Below are positions 55,374-64,000 of a stretch of 64,000 nucleotides of DNA, one piece after another. The notes under the pieces are model-generated. The model was not told where the DNA came from. It ran no database searches and saw nothing but the letters and a program-made list of their open reading frames with translations. A program made the translations under genes and the position numbers. This stretch comes from Bacteroidales bacterium. Lineage in GTDB: Bacteria; Bacteroidota; Bacteroidia; Bacteroidales; JAFGXI01. Where the stretch lies: contig JAFGXI010000010.1 of NCBI GenBank assembly GCA_016936665.1, positions 72,611-136,610 of the forward strand, in the 5' to 3' direction. Each line of letters opens with the position of its first letter. The stretch's first letter is position 1.

Positions 55374-56216
55374 GTGAATCTTTACCCTATTTTGACCGGC
55401 AATTTAAAACTCGATGGAGGAGCTATGTTTGGTGTAGTTCCTAAGGTAATATGGAATAAACTGTATCCTGCCGACGAAAACAATCTCTGCAATTGGTCTA
55501 TGAGATGTCTATTAATTGTGGATGGCGAAAGAAAAATATTAATCGACAGTGGAGTTGGCGACAAGCAAGACGAAAAGTTTTTTGGTCATTACTTTCTAAA
55601 TGGAGATGATACTCTAGAAAATTCACTTTCAGAATTAGGCTATTCTCCAGACGATATAACCGACCATATTTTAACACATTTACACTTCGACCATGTGGGA
55701 GGATCTGTTAGAAAAAACCAAGACGGCGAATACGAACCCACATTCAGAAACGCTACCCATTGGATAAGTAAAGCTCAGTGGGAATGGGCAACCAAGCCAA
55801 ACCGTAGAGAAAAAGCTTCTTTTTTAACAGAAAATATCATCCCGATTATGGAAAAAGGGAAGCTTAAATTAATTGAAAAAGAGGGTGAAATTTTACCTAA
55901 TGTTTTTGCGAAAATATACAATGGACATACCGATGGTCAGATTGTTCCGCACATTAATTTCAAAGGTAAAACAGTATGTTTTATGGGAGATTTACTACCT
56001 TCTACAGCTCATATTCCTATGCCTTATGTAATGTCGTACGATACTCGTCCATTGTTAACCTTAGAGGATAAAAAATCGTTTTTTGCCGACGCAATTAAAC
56101 ACGATTACATCCTGTTTTTTGAACACGACTTATACCACGAATGTTGTAATTTACAAGAAACACCAAAAGGGATAAGAGAAAAAGACACCTTTACTTTAGC
56201 AGAATATTTCGCTTAA
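55374..56216 (+). CDS. MBL-fold metallo-hydrolase
   Basis: 280 aa, GTG start (the conserved LDGGAMFGVVPK precedes the first ATG). HxHxDH motif THLHFDHVGG. Confidence 0.85.
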   Translation: MNLYPILTGNLKLDGGAMFGVVPKVIWNKLYPADENNLCNWSMRCLLIVDGERKILIDSGVGDKQDEKFFGHYFLNGDDTLENSLSELGYSPDDITDHILTHLHFDHVGGSVRKNQDGEYEPTFRNATHWISKAQWEWATKPNRREKASFLTENIIPIMEKGKLKLIEKEGEILPNVFAKIYNGHTDGQIVPHINFKGKTVCFMGDLLPSTAHIPMPYVMSYDTRPLLTLEDKKSFFADAIKHDYILFFEHDLYHECCNLQETPKGIREKDTFTLAEYFA

Positions 56217-56234
56217 TATTTTTTAGAATGATCC

Positions 56235-56279
56235 AAAAAGAAAGCGGCTGCATCAATCAATGCAGCCGCTTCATTTTTA
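56235..56279. terminator. Bidirectional Rho-independent terminator between convergent MBL hydrolase gene and gdhA
   Basis: AAGCGGCTGCAT-caatca-ATGCAGCCGCTT perfect 12-bp stem, flanked by AAAAAG upstream and CATTTTT downstream. Confidence 0.9.
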
Positions 56280-56297
56280 ATTATAGCAGGTATGAGA

Positions 56298-57635
56298 TTA
56301 TACAACACCTTGGTCGATCATTGCATCGGCAACTTTGATGAAACCGGCAATGTTAGCACCTTTAACATAGTTAACAAATCCGTTAGCTTCAGTTCCGTAT
56401 TTTTTAGCAGCTTCGTGAATGCTAATCATAATGCCATGTAATTTAGCATCTACTTCTTCAGCAGACCAGTTCATTTTCAAAGCATTTTGCGACATTTCTA
56501 AACCAGAAGTTGCAACACCACCAGCGTTAGAAGCTTTTCCAGGACCAAATAAAATTTTGTTTTCCAAGAAGAAGTCTGTTGCTTCTAAAGTTGTAGGCAT
56601 ATTAGCACCTTCCGATACACAAATAACACCATTAGCGACTAATTTTTTGGCATCTTCTAATTGTAATTCGTTTTGAGTAGCACAAGGTAATGCAACATCA
56701 ACTTTTTGTTCCCATGGTTTTTTACCAGCGAAGAAAGTTACACCGCTAAATTCTTTAGCCATAGGAGCAACTATATCGTTGTTAGTAGCACGTAACTCTA
56801 ACATGTAGTCGATCATATCTTGTGTTAAACCATTTTCGATATAAACATATCCATCAGGGCCAGAAATAGTAACCACTTTAGCACCTAATTGAGTAGCTTT
56901 TGTAGCAGCACCCCAAGCAACGTTACCGAAACCAGAAATAGCAACTCGTTTACCATTGAATGTTTCGCCTTTAGTAGCTAACATTTCTTGAGCAAAGTAA
57001 ACATTACCAAAACCTGTAGCTTCTGGACGAATTAATGAACCACCCCAGTTTAAACCTTTTCCGGTTAAAACACCAGTGTGCTCATTTCTAAGTTTTTTGT
57101 ACATACCGAACATGTAGCCAATTTCTTTACCACCAACACCGATATCACCAGCAGGCACATCAGTTTCCGGGCCAATATGACGGAATAATTCAGTCATAAA
57201 AGATTGGCAAAAACGCATAATTTCGTTATCCGATTTTCCTTTAGGATCGAAGTCAGAACCTCCTTTACCACCACCCATAGGCAAAGTAGTTAAAGAGTTT
57301 TTGAAGATTTGTTCAAAACCTAAGAATTTCAAGATACTAACGTTAACACTTGGGTGGAAACGTAACCCGCCTTTATAAGGGCCGATTGCGCTGTTAAACT
57401 CGATTCGGTATCCACGATTGATTTGGATTTTACCGTTATCGTCTATCCAAGAAACTCTAAATTGAATTTGACGTTCTGGCTCAACGATTCTTTCGATAAT
57501 TTTGTGAGCATCGTATTGAGGATTTTCATTTACAAAATCTTCAATAGTTGAAAGCACCTCTCTGGCTGCTTGAAGGAATTCTACTTGACCTGGGTTTTTG
57601 GCTTCCAAGTCGCTCATTATTTTATTAAGATCCAT
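56298..57635 (-). CDS. gdhA: NADP-specific glutamate dehydrogenase
   Basis: 445 aa from the ATG at 57635 (MDLNKIMSDLEAKNPGQVEFLQA...). KGGLRFHPSV, LPMGGGKGGSDFDPKG (catalytic Lys region), Rossmann GFGNVAWGAA. The track's 30-aa N-terminal extension is rejected. Confidence 0.95.
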   Translation of the reverse strand: MDLNKIMSDLEAKNPGQVEFLQAAREVLSTIEDFVNENPQYDAHKIIERIVEPERQIQFRVSWIDDNGKIQINRGYRIEFNSAIGPYKGGLRFHPSVNVSILKFLGFEQIFKNSLTTLPMGGGKGGSDFDPKGKSDNEIMRFCQSFMTELFRHIGPETDVPAGDIGVGGKEIGYMFGMYKKLRNEHTGVLTGKGLNWGGSLIRPEATGFGNVYFAQEMLATKGETFNGKRVAISGFGNVAWGAATKATQLGAKVVTISGPDGYVYIENGLTQDMIDYMLELRATNNDIVAPMAKEFSGVTFFAGKKPWEQKVDVALPCATQNELQLEDAKKLVANGVICVSEGANMPTTLEATDFFLENKILFGPGKASNAGGVATSGLEMSQNALKMNWSAEEVDAKLHGIMISIHEAAKKYGTEANGFVNYVKGANIAGFIKVADAMIDQGVV

Positions 57636-57693
57636 AAGGCTATTTAATAAAGCATTAAGATTAAAAAAATTTAATTTATCAATAATTATTAAG

Positions 57694-57701
57694 CAAATAT
57701 A
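57694..57701 (-). promoter_or_regulatory. -7 promoter box (TAnnTTTG on the minus strand) for gdhA
   Basis: Plus strand CAAATATA is TATATTTG on the minus strand. It lies 59 nt upstream of the gdhA ATG. Confidence 0.3.
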
Positions 57702-57805
57702 GATTTTAATTTCATTTGGATGCATGAATTAAATCAAATATTTATATGCTATATATCAGCTTTATACAAGAGAATTAAATCGTTAAATATCTGTCTATAA
57801 ACAAC

Positions 57806-60313
57806 TTATTGCTTAGCAGATAAAACACATACTTTTTTATCGTTAAATTGCTGACCGTCGGGGCCAATAAATGAGGCGATAACAAGATAAATTCCAACCG
57901 AAACCGGTTGATCGTTAAAATCTCTTCCATCCCAAGTCCACTGGCCAGTTGTTCCAACCAGCTCGTTTTGTACCAGATTAACAATTTTATTTCCCTTCGG
58001 ATCGTATATCGTTAAATTAGCTTTATATCCGGCAACATCAAGTTTATAGTTAATCAACAAATAGTCGTCGAAGCCATCTAAATCCGGCGAAAAACTTTCG
58101 GACTCGAAAAAAATCACAGAATTCGATGTGTTATCTTCTTGATTTTTATATTGTGAGTTTTGATAAGTAGGTGTTCCATAACCCGCAGTCTCTGAAGCAG
58201 ATTGCCATGCGCTAGCATTTAAACCATTGATCTGAGCGTTAATTCGCTCCAATGCTACACCATCTGTAATCGCTAAAAATGGACTGTGAAAATCTGAGTT
58301 GTAATATATTTTATCTATAATCAGATCGCCTTTATTGGCTATAGCAACAGTAGATTCTGTGGTGGAAAACGATGGTAATTCTTCTGTTTGAATCAAATTC
58401 ATAGGGTTTTTTACATGATATTGATTTAGCACATCTGCTCTATCTTTGGTAAACACAATATAATCGCCAGTAAAAATCAATCTGGGCTCTTTTGAAAGTA
58501 CGTCTTTTGGTGTCCACTCCCCTTGGTCGTATACTCCAATTTTTAATTCTTGTGCATCGATTATTTTATCGGACAAGTTGAATATCTCGATATACTTTTC
58601 GTGACCTGTAATTGGATCGAATAAAATTTCATTGATAGATAAATCACCGGCTGCAACCGAGGTAGGAATCCCAATTCGAATTTCGTACGGGACTAAAAAT
58701 ATTGCCCCTGAGCATGCATAAATGTTATCATCTATTGTTAAATAATAGGTTTGGTTCGAATCAAATGCTCTATCAATAAATAATTCTATATAATTTTTAC
58801 CCGCAGTATAATTAACATTCATCGGATGGCTGCCATCGATGGTATATTTAGAAAAATCGGCAACGAATAACGGGTCAAGAATTGCATCGAAACGGATAAA
58901 AACAGATGCGCTATCTAAAAAATAAATATTATCTATTTCTATAGACACTTCAGATTCAACAGTTCCAAGTTGACTATTAACATAACCAGGAGTTCCTCCA
59001 AATTCGGAAACAGACGACTGCCAATTACCGAGATAAGTACAAGCATTTTGCGGATCTTTTTGTTCGAGCGACCAACCTCCTTCCTTTTTATAACTTGAGG
59101 TATGCCAATCTTCGGTATATTCCAATTGATGAACCCATGTGCCATCGTTAGAATACATGGCTAATAAAGCCGAGCTATTGGTAAGTTTCCCATCGTCGAA
59201 TAATTCCAATTTCTGAATGCTATCGGCAAATAAGCTATCGGTTCCTAAAGGAATAATAGTTAAATAAGCATTGGCTCCAATTTCAATATTTGGAAATGTA
59301 TATTCATAAGAATTGATTTTCAACTTCCAATTTTCAAGTTGAATAGGAAATGTTTTTTCGTTGTACAGTTCTATATATTCTACTTCCGGTAAATAGATTT
59401 GAGGCGTGGGATCGGCCATTACTTCGTTAAAGACAACATATAAGGCTTTAGCTTGGTAATAAAATAAGTTTATAGTTTCGAAATTTTCGGCACTATTTCC
59501 GGAAAAATCACTTATTCCTTTGTAATTAAAATTAAAAGCCACTTCGTTTGGCAGATCTTGGTCGAAATGCAGGGTCAGTTTTCCTTGACTGAAATATTGT
59601 TTTTCAATAGAAATTGGGCTAAATAAATCATCAACATTAAAATTATTTAGAACCAAAGAGTTTGAATCAATACGTTCGTTAAAGTGCATTTCGATTGTAC
59701 GAGAGTCTAATGCTGATGCTGCTATTAGTGAGGGAGCTTGAGTGTCTTCTACATAAGTTTCGAGTTGCATATCCAAACTACCGTCGTTAATACGCCACGA
59801 GCCGGCAGAACTTTCTGCGTTGTAGCCATACCATCTCAAATAAAAAGAATCTTGAGGTAAAACAAAAATATCGAGATTTAGCAAAATAGTATCTCTTTCC
59901 AAATCATCGTCGGGTACTTGTACAGTTCCAATAATGCTAGCATCGGAAAAGTCGGCATGCGATGCATATTGCAATTCGTAAGTTCTGATGCCGGTAGATG
60001 ACCTCCTCTCGCTGTAAGCGATAGATTTCAACAGAAAAGTGTCCAAAGCTGTTGATCTAAAACCTACTTGAAAATAATCGCTTGTGTCTAAGCCTGAAGA
60101 AGACCAGCTTTTTGCATAAACCCCGGTCGAACTATATGTAAATGATGTTAAACCGGAACCAGCGATAAAATTGAAAGTTGACAATTCCTGATGATTTGAA
60201 ATGCCTTGCCCATCAACAGACAAGTTCCACGATAGCTCTTGCGAAGAAGCGCTATGGTTTACACCAGTTAACAACAAGCCAATAACAATATATAAAATAC
60301 TCCTGTTTCTCAT
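57806..60313 (-). CDS. Secreted lamin-tail-domain (LTD) protein with T9SS type-B (gliding-associated, CHU_C-like) C-terminal domain
   Basis: 835 aa. Signal peptide. Two LTD-like modules (VVFNEVMADPTP...VEYIELYN and LSINEILFDP...KYIEIFN). C-terminal FSPDLDGFDDYLLINY...LTIYDPKGNKIV...WTWDGRDFNDQPVSVGIYLVIASF resembles the FTPNGDGIND...WDG...G.Y.Y type-B CTD. Confidence 0.7.
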   Translation of the reverse strand: MRNRSILYIVIGLLLTGVNHSASSQELSWNLSVDGQGISNHQELSTFNFIAGSGLTSFTYSSTGVYAKSWSSSGLDTSDYFQVGFRSTALDTFLLKSIAYSERRSSTGIRTYELQYASHADFSDASIIGTVQVPDDDLERDTILLNLDIFVLPQDSFYLRWYGYNAESSAGSWRINDGSLDMQLETYVEDTQAPSLIAASALDSRTIEMHFNERIDSNSLVLNNFNVDDLFSPISIEKQYFSQGKLTLHFDQDLPNEVAFNFNYKGISDFSGNSAENFETINLFYYQAKALYVVFNEVMADPTPQIYLPEVEYIELYNEKTFPIQLENWKLKINSYEYTFPNIEIGANAYLTIIPLGTDSLFADSIQKLELFDDGKLTNSSALLAMYSNDGTWVHQLEYTEDWHTSSYKKEGGWSLEQKDPQNACTYLGNWQSSVSEFGGTPGYVNSQLGTVESEVSIEIDNIYFLDSASVFIRFDAILDPLFVADFSKYTIDGSHPMNVNYTAGKNYIELFIDRAFDSNQTYYLTIDDNIYACSGAIFLVPYEIRIGIPTSVAAGDLSINEILFDPITGHEKYIEIFNLSDKIIDAQELKIGVYDQGEWTPKDVLSKEPRLIFTGDYIVFTKDRADVLNQYHVKNPMNLIQTEELPSFSTTESTVAIANKGDLIIDKIYYNSDFHSPFLAITDGVALERINAQINGLNASAWQSASETAGYGTPTYQNSQYKNQEDNTSNSVIFFESESFSPDLDGFDDYLLINYKLDVAGYKANLTIYDPKGNKIVNLVQNELVGTTGQWTWDGRDFNDQPVSVGIYLVIASFIGPDGQQFNDKKVCVLSAKQ

Positions 60314-60539
60314 TATAATAAACGTTTAAAACTGTGCCCAAAAAATAATCAAAGAAGAATTGCTTTAATGCATTTGTAATAGCAATTCAATTCTGTAAAG
60401 CATCGGAGTAAAAGTAAAAAAACTTTGACGATTCAGCTTAGCTATTTTAAAACTAAAATTGAGAACAGATGATAATAGTCATGCTTTATAACATATTATA
60501 AATGTATTTTTAGGCAATTAATTACTTATATACTTAAAA

Positions 60540-61004
60540 ATGAGAAATAACAAACAATACGCACCAAGTTGTGAGATTTCGAACGAATTAATTAATTCCA
60601 AATTGACAAGATTATATGCAATTATAACATTCAGCATCGTTCTATTATTTTCGTTAAGCCCATATAAGTGGATAATTTATATTTCCGCAACAGATTTTGC
60701 TATTCGTGTCTTTTTAGGAGTAAAAATGAGTCCAATCTGTAATCTTTTACAAATTTATTTATCTGTAAGCCATACTCCTACACATATGGTAAATGCAGGG
60801 CCTAAAAAATTTGCAGGACGAATCGGATTTGCATTCACCATCTTAATGAGCGTTTTTCATATCGTTGGTTGGACTATTCTAGCCAATGGGGTTGCTTACT
60901 TTTCCTTAGCAGCTATAGGACTTGAAGCTTTTGCCGGATTTTGTGTTGCTTGTTTTATGCATCAGCAATGGCAAAAATTAAAAAACAGAAAACAATTCAA
61001 TTGA
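60540..61004 (+). CDS. DUF4395-family membrane protein
   Basis: 154 aa, about 4 TM. DFAIRVFLG...SPICNL...GPKKFAGRIGFAFT...LEAFAGFCVACFMH matches the remembered DUF4395 pattern. Confidence 0.65.
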   Translation: MRNNKQYAPSCEISNELINSKLTRLYAIITFSIVLLFSLSPYKWIIYISATDFAIRVFLGVKMSPICNLLQIYLSVSHTPTHMVNAGPKKFAGRIGFAFTILMSVFHIVGWTILANGVAYFSLAAIGLEAFAGFCVACFMHQQWQKLKNRKQFN

Positions 61005-61056
61005 GTTTTATACATTTGAAAATATTAATCCGAACCAATATTTGAAATGATATAGA

Positions 61057-61461
61057 ATGATAAAAGGAACAACGCAAATAAGAATTCGATACGGAGAAAC
61101 TGACAGAATGAATTATGCATATTATGGGAATTACGCATTGTATTACGAAGTTGGCAGAGCAGAACTATTAAGAAGTTTTGGTATGGACTATAGCGAACTT
61201 GAAGCCAAAGGAGTAATTCTGCCAGTGATGAATATGCATATCGATTATTTTAAGCCGGCAGTTTACGATGAATTAATTACGATAACCACCTATGTTCATC
61301 AACTTCCAAAAGCAAGTATTAAATTCGATTATGAAATATATAATTCTGAGAATATACTTATAAACAAAGGCTATACTACGCTTGTGTTTGTGGATAAAAA
61401 CACAAAAAAACCGATGAGAGCTCCTCAATACTTCTTAGACTTATTTAAAGATCATTTTTAA
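61057..61461 (+). CDS. Acyl-CoA thioesterase, YbgC/4HBT hotdog-fold family
   Basis: 134 aa. IRIRYGETDRMNYAYYGNYALYYEVGRAELLRSFG carries the catalytic Asp in the conserved position. Confidence 0.85.
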   Translation: MIKGTTQIRIRYGETDRMNYAYYGNYALYYEVGRAELLRSFGMDYSELEAKGVILPVMNMHIDYFKPAVYDELITITTYVHQLPKASIKFDYEIYNSENILINKGYTTLVFVDKNTKKPMRAPQYFLDLFKDHF

Positions 61462-61462
61462 T

Positions 61463-61864
61463 ATGGCAGAACTAAAAACAAAACCTAGCAATAAAGATGT
61501 AATGGTTCTTATAAATGCTATTGAATCCGAAAAAAAAAGGAATGATGCTTTGTTGTTTTTCGATTTATTTAAGTCCACGACAAAACTTGAACCTATTATT
61601 TGGGGTGAAAATATTATTGGGTTTGGAAAATATAGTTATAAATACCCATCGGGGAGAACCGGAGAATGGTTTAAAGTAGGCTTTTCACCGAAAAAACAAA
61701 ATATTACAGTTTATTTATCGCAATTGGCCTACGAGTTAGACGCAGAAAAAACCGCTAGTTTAGGTAAGTTTAAACTAGGGAAATCGTGTTTGTATTTTAA
61801 CTCATTCAAAGATGTTAATGCCGATGCTCTTAAACAATTAATAGAATTAGCATTAAAAAGATAA
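61463..61864 (+). CDS. DUF1801 (YdhG-like) domain protein
   Basis: 133 aa. Pattern ...WGENIIGFGKYSYKYPSGRTGEWFKVGFSPKKQNITVYL... (recall). The ATG lies 1 nt after the previous stop. Confidence 0.6.
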   Translation: MAELKTKPSNKDVMVLINAIESEKKRNDALLFFDLFKSTTKLEPIIWGENIIGFGKYSYKYPSGRTGEWFKVGFSPKKQNITVYLSQLAYELDAEKTASLGKFKLGKSCLYFNSFKDVNADALKQLIELALKR

Positions 61865-61935
61865 TTATACAAGCCTTTGAATATTAATTGATTTGCCTTA
61901 ACTTTACCGCAGAAACTATTAAATTACTTAGGCTT

Positions 61936-62949
61936 ATGAAACAAATTTTATTCTCGCTATTATTTATAGCAACTGTGGGTATCAATGCTCAAATCACTGT
62001 AAATACAATCGATTTAAACGTAGGAGATGTCGTTCTTCAGGCAATTGATACGACTTATCAAACCGATTTGTATGCCCCCGGCACAAATCTTACTTGGGAT
62101 TTCTCGGGAGTTCACGGACACACTGTTGATACTATTGCACCTATAGACCCTGCCACAACCAACCATGCTTCTAGTTTCCCTCAGGCCAACATGGCACTCG
62201 GAACAGTAGAATTAGCAGGCTATGCAAATTTAGGGAACGACTGGTACGTTAGTTTAGGTTATGGGGGCTACATAGACGCACTAGGACAAGATTTAGAAAT
62301 GATCTTAGCAGATCCTGACTCTATTCTCTCATTCCCAATAAATTACGGACAAAGTAGAAATTGTAATTCTTGGGGAACAGCTTACGCAGCTATACAAGGT
62401 CAAGACCTTAGAGCATCTAGTTCTGTAAAAAGAACACAGGTTATCGATGCTTGGGGAACCGCTACAACACCAGAAGGAACTTTTAATGTATTGAGAATGC
62501 ACGAACAAGTTATCACAATAGATAGTGTATTTGCTATTATATATGGTTTTGAAATGTATCAACCCGATTACAGTAATTTTGACACTTCGTATTTTTATAA
62601 TTTTTACACCAACGATGCAACTATCAAATATCCATTATTGGAAGTTCAATACGACCCTGCCGATGTATCTATCATTCAAACTAAATGGGTGACTTTTCCA
62701 GAAGAACAAAATATAAGCACCATAAATGAAAGTTCTAAATTGAATTTTTATCCTAATCCTGCTCAAGATTTTATCTATTTAAATCAAAAAGTAAGCAAAA
62801 CAGAAACGACTATTTTTTCTGTTGATGGCAGAATATTAATTAAAAGCACAGATGCCACAATTGATATTTCAAGCTTAAAACCTGCAACTTATGTAATCAG
62901 GATAGAAAACGAAAATGGAGCAACGACTCAAAAACTTATTAAACAATAA
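61936..62949 (+). CDS. Secreted protein with T9SS type-A (Por_Secre_tail) C-terminal sorting domain
   Basis: Signal peptide MKQILFSLLFIATVGINAQ from the ATG at 61936. C-terminal LNFYPNPAQDFIYLN...ATYVIRIENENGATTQKLIKQ. Confidence 0.75.
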   Translation: MKQILFSLLFIATVGINAQITVNTIDLNVGDVVLQAIDTTYQTDLYAPGTNLTWDFSGVHGHTVDTIAPIDPATTNHASSFPQANMALGTVELAGYANLGNDWYVSLGYGGYIDALGQDLEMILADPDSILSFPINYGQSRNCNSWGTAYAAIQGQDLRASSSVKRTQVIDAWGTATTPEGTFNVLRMHEQVITIDSVFAIIYGFEMYQPDYSNFDTSYFYNFYTNDATIKYPLLEVQYDPADVSIIQTKWVTFPEEQNISTINESSKLNFYPNPAQDFIYLNQKVSKTETTIFSVDGRILIKSTDATIDISSLKPATYVIRIENENGATTQKLIKQ

Positions 62950-62965
62950 GGATTTACATATCCTT

Positions 62966-63007
62966 AAAAAAGCAAAGCCTGAATCGACGATTCAGGCTTT
63001 GCTTTTT
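62966..63007. terminator. Bidirectional Rho-independent terminator between convergent genes
   Basis: AAAAAGCAAAGCCTGAAT-cgacg-ATTCAGGCTTTGCTTTTT, a long perfect stem with A- and T-tracts. Overlaps the lon stop codon. Confidence 0.9.
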
Positions 63008-64000
63008 ATACCACTGCTTTCGCATTATCGACTTTTTGCTTTAACAAAGCCAAATCAACAACTTCCATTATATCGGAAACGAAATGAAAACTAAGACCTT
63101 TAATATACTTTTCGTTTATTTCTTCAATATTTTTTCGATTATCCACCGATAAGATTATTTCTTTTATTCCTGCTCTTTTAGCCGCTAAAATTTTCTCTTT
63201 TATTCCACCAACAGGAATCACCTTACCCCTAAGCGTAATTTCCCCCGTCATTGCCAAGTTCTTTTTAACTTTACGTTGAGTCAATGCCGAAACTAAGGAT
63301 GTAACCAACGTGATGCCGGCAGACGGTCCGTCTTTTGGTGTTGCTCCTTCAGGGAAATGAACATGGATATCCCAATTATCGAACACTTCCGATTTAATTT
63401 CTAATTCATCGGCATGGGCTTTAATATAGTTAATCGCCACTGCTACCGATTCTTTCATTACCTCGCCGAGATTTCCTGTAATAGATACTTTACCTTTACC
63501 TTTACTAACCGACGATTCTACATACAAAATTGTTCCCCCCACCGAGGTCCATGCCAGACCGGTGACTACACCTGCATATTTGTTACCTTCATAAACTTCG
63601 TTTTCGAACTTACTTGGCCCAAGAATTTCTCTAACAGCAAGCTCTGTCAAAAGCAATTCATAAGAGTCTTCCGAAACAATTTTTCTGGCAATATTTCTGC
63701 AAACTTTAGCAATAGTTTTATCTAAAGTTCTTACACCACTTTCTCTGGTATAATTCTCAATCATAGCTTTTATTGCAGCAGGAGCAATCGTTAACTGATC
63801 TTTTTCTATTCCGTGTTCGTTTTTTTGTTTAGGAATTAAATGTTTTTTAGCGATTTCAATTTTTTCTTCTATTAAATAACCACTCACCTCTATCATTTCC
63901 ATTCTATCCCTCAGTGCTGCGGGAATATTCGCAACATTATTTGCTGTAGCAATAAACATCACTTTCGATAGGTCGTAATCTAAATCAAGGAAATTATCGT
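63006..64000 (-). CDS. lon: ATP-dependent Lon protease, C-terminal part (5' end outside window)
   Basis: The minus-strand frame stays open to base 64000 (...[21 protein letters not shown]...). Proteolytic domain with catalytic Ser in [10 protein letters not shown] and Lys in [14 protein letters not shown]. Confidence 0.95.
   Translation of the reverse strand, partial: DNFLDLDYDLSKVMFIATANNVANIPAALRDRMEMIEVSGYLIEEKIEIAKKHLIPKQKNEHGIEKDQLTIAPAAIKAMIENYTRESGVRTLDKTIAKVCRNIARKIVSEDSYELLLTELAVREILGPSKFENEVYEGNKYAGVVTGLAWTSVGGTILYVESSVSKGKGKVSITGNLGEVMKESVAVAINYIKAHADELEIKSEVFDNWDIHVHFPEGATPKDGPSAGITLVTSLVSALTQRKVKKNLAMTGEITLRGKVIPVGGIKEKILAAKRAGIKEIILSVDNRKNIEEINEKYIKGLSFHFVSDIMEVVDLALLKQKVDNAKAVV

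Noticed and set aside
57636-57725. N-terminal extensions offered by the ORF track: gdhA to 57725, DUF3078 from 22298, T9SS protein from 61888, rpsO from 48264, secA from 11368, porin from 7203
   Set aside because: The extensions lack homology-like sequence, destroy signal peptides, or contain the predicted -7 promoter box. The internal ATGs give canonical N-termini.
58753-58762. GGTTCGAATC (tRNA T-loop-like motif), considered as a hidden tRNA
   Set aside because: It lies inside the LTD-protein CDS. The flanks are AT-rich and cannot form acceptor or anticodon stems. No tRNA was found anywhere in the window.
1-64000. Search for defence islands, toxin-antitoxin pairs, retrons, CRISPR-Cas, prophage or transposon remnants
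   Set aside because: No nuclease, reverse-transcriptase, Cas, integrase-cargo, phage structural or transposase signatures were recognised in any long ORF. The window looks like core chromosome, and the novelty candidates are metabolic or regulatory rather than defence-related.

Overview
64-kb chromosomal window from a low-GC member of the Bacteroidota. The phylum is inferred from T9SS type-A and type-B C-terminal sorting domains, SprB repeats, a TonB-dependent receptor/DUF4249 pair, TAnnTTTG -7 promoter boxes, rpsU-xerC-hpf synteny and Na+-NQR. The window is gene dense, with about 54 intact CDS on both strands, mostly housekeeping. Recognised genes are nqrE (3' part), nqrF, an ABC-F ATPase, nth, a NarL-type two-component pair next to a TorF-type porin and amt, a DUF255 thioredoxin-domain protein, secA, bioA, a LemA/TPM/TPM trio, DPP-IV, dnaG, birA, a YebC-family regulator, tpx, rpsU, xerC, hpf, miaA, a POT transporter, rpsO-pnp, gdhA and lon (3' part). 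I saw no rRNA, tRNA, CRISPR array, transposase, prophage or recognisable defence genes. All family calls come from motifs read by eye and recalled family knowledge; no searches were run. The observations most worth follow-up are these. (1) A tightly coupled minus-strand operon (15347-20356) joins a genuine-looking bioA to a KASIII(FabH-like)::SDR fusion and a crotonase-fold protein lacking both catalytic glutamates; it may be a non-canonical pimelate (biotin precursor) module. (2) A pentapeptide-repeat beta-helix is fused to a 2-TM K+ channel pore (TVGYGD), co-operonic with a small membrane protein. (3) A Fur/PerR-style 7-1-7 palindrome TTAGAAT-N-ATTCTAA lies upstream of tpx and recurs in the divergent promoter of a TonB receptor / tandem CxxCH haem-protein locus. 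(4) A hybrid histidine kinase-like protein lacks the phospho-accepting His and the ATP-lid glycine boxes. (5) There is a deletion remnant of a sulfatase/LTA-synthase-type gene. (6) A 1816-aa T9SS cargo protein has a seven-blade FG-GAP propeller, three LamG domains and four SprB repeats.
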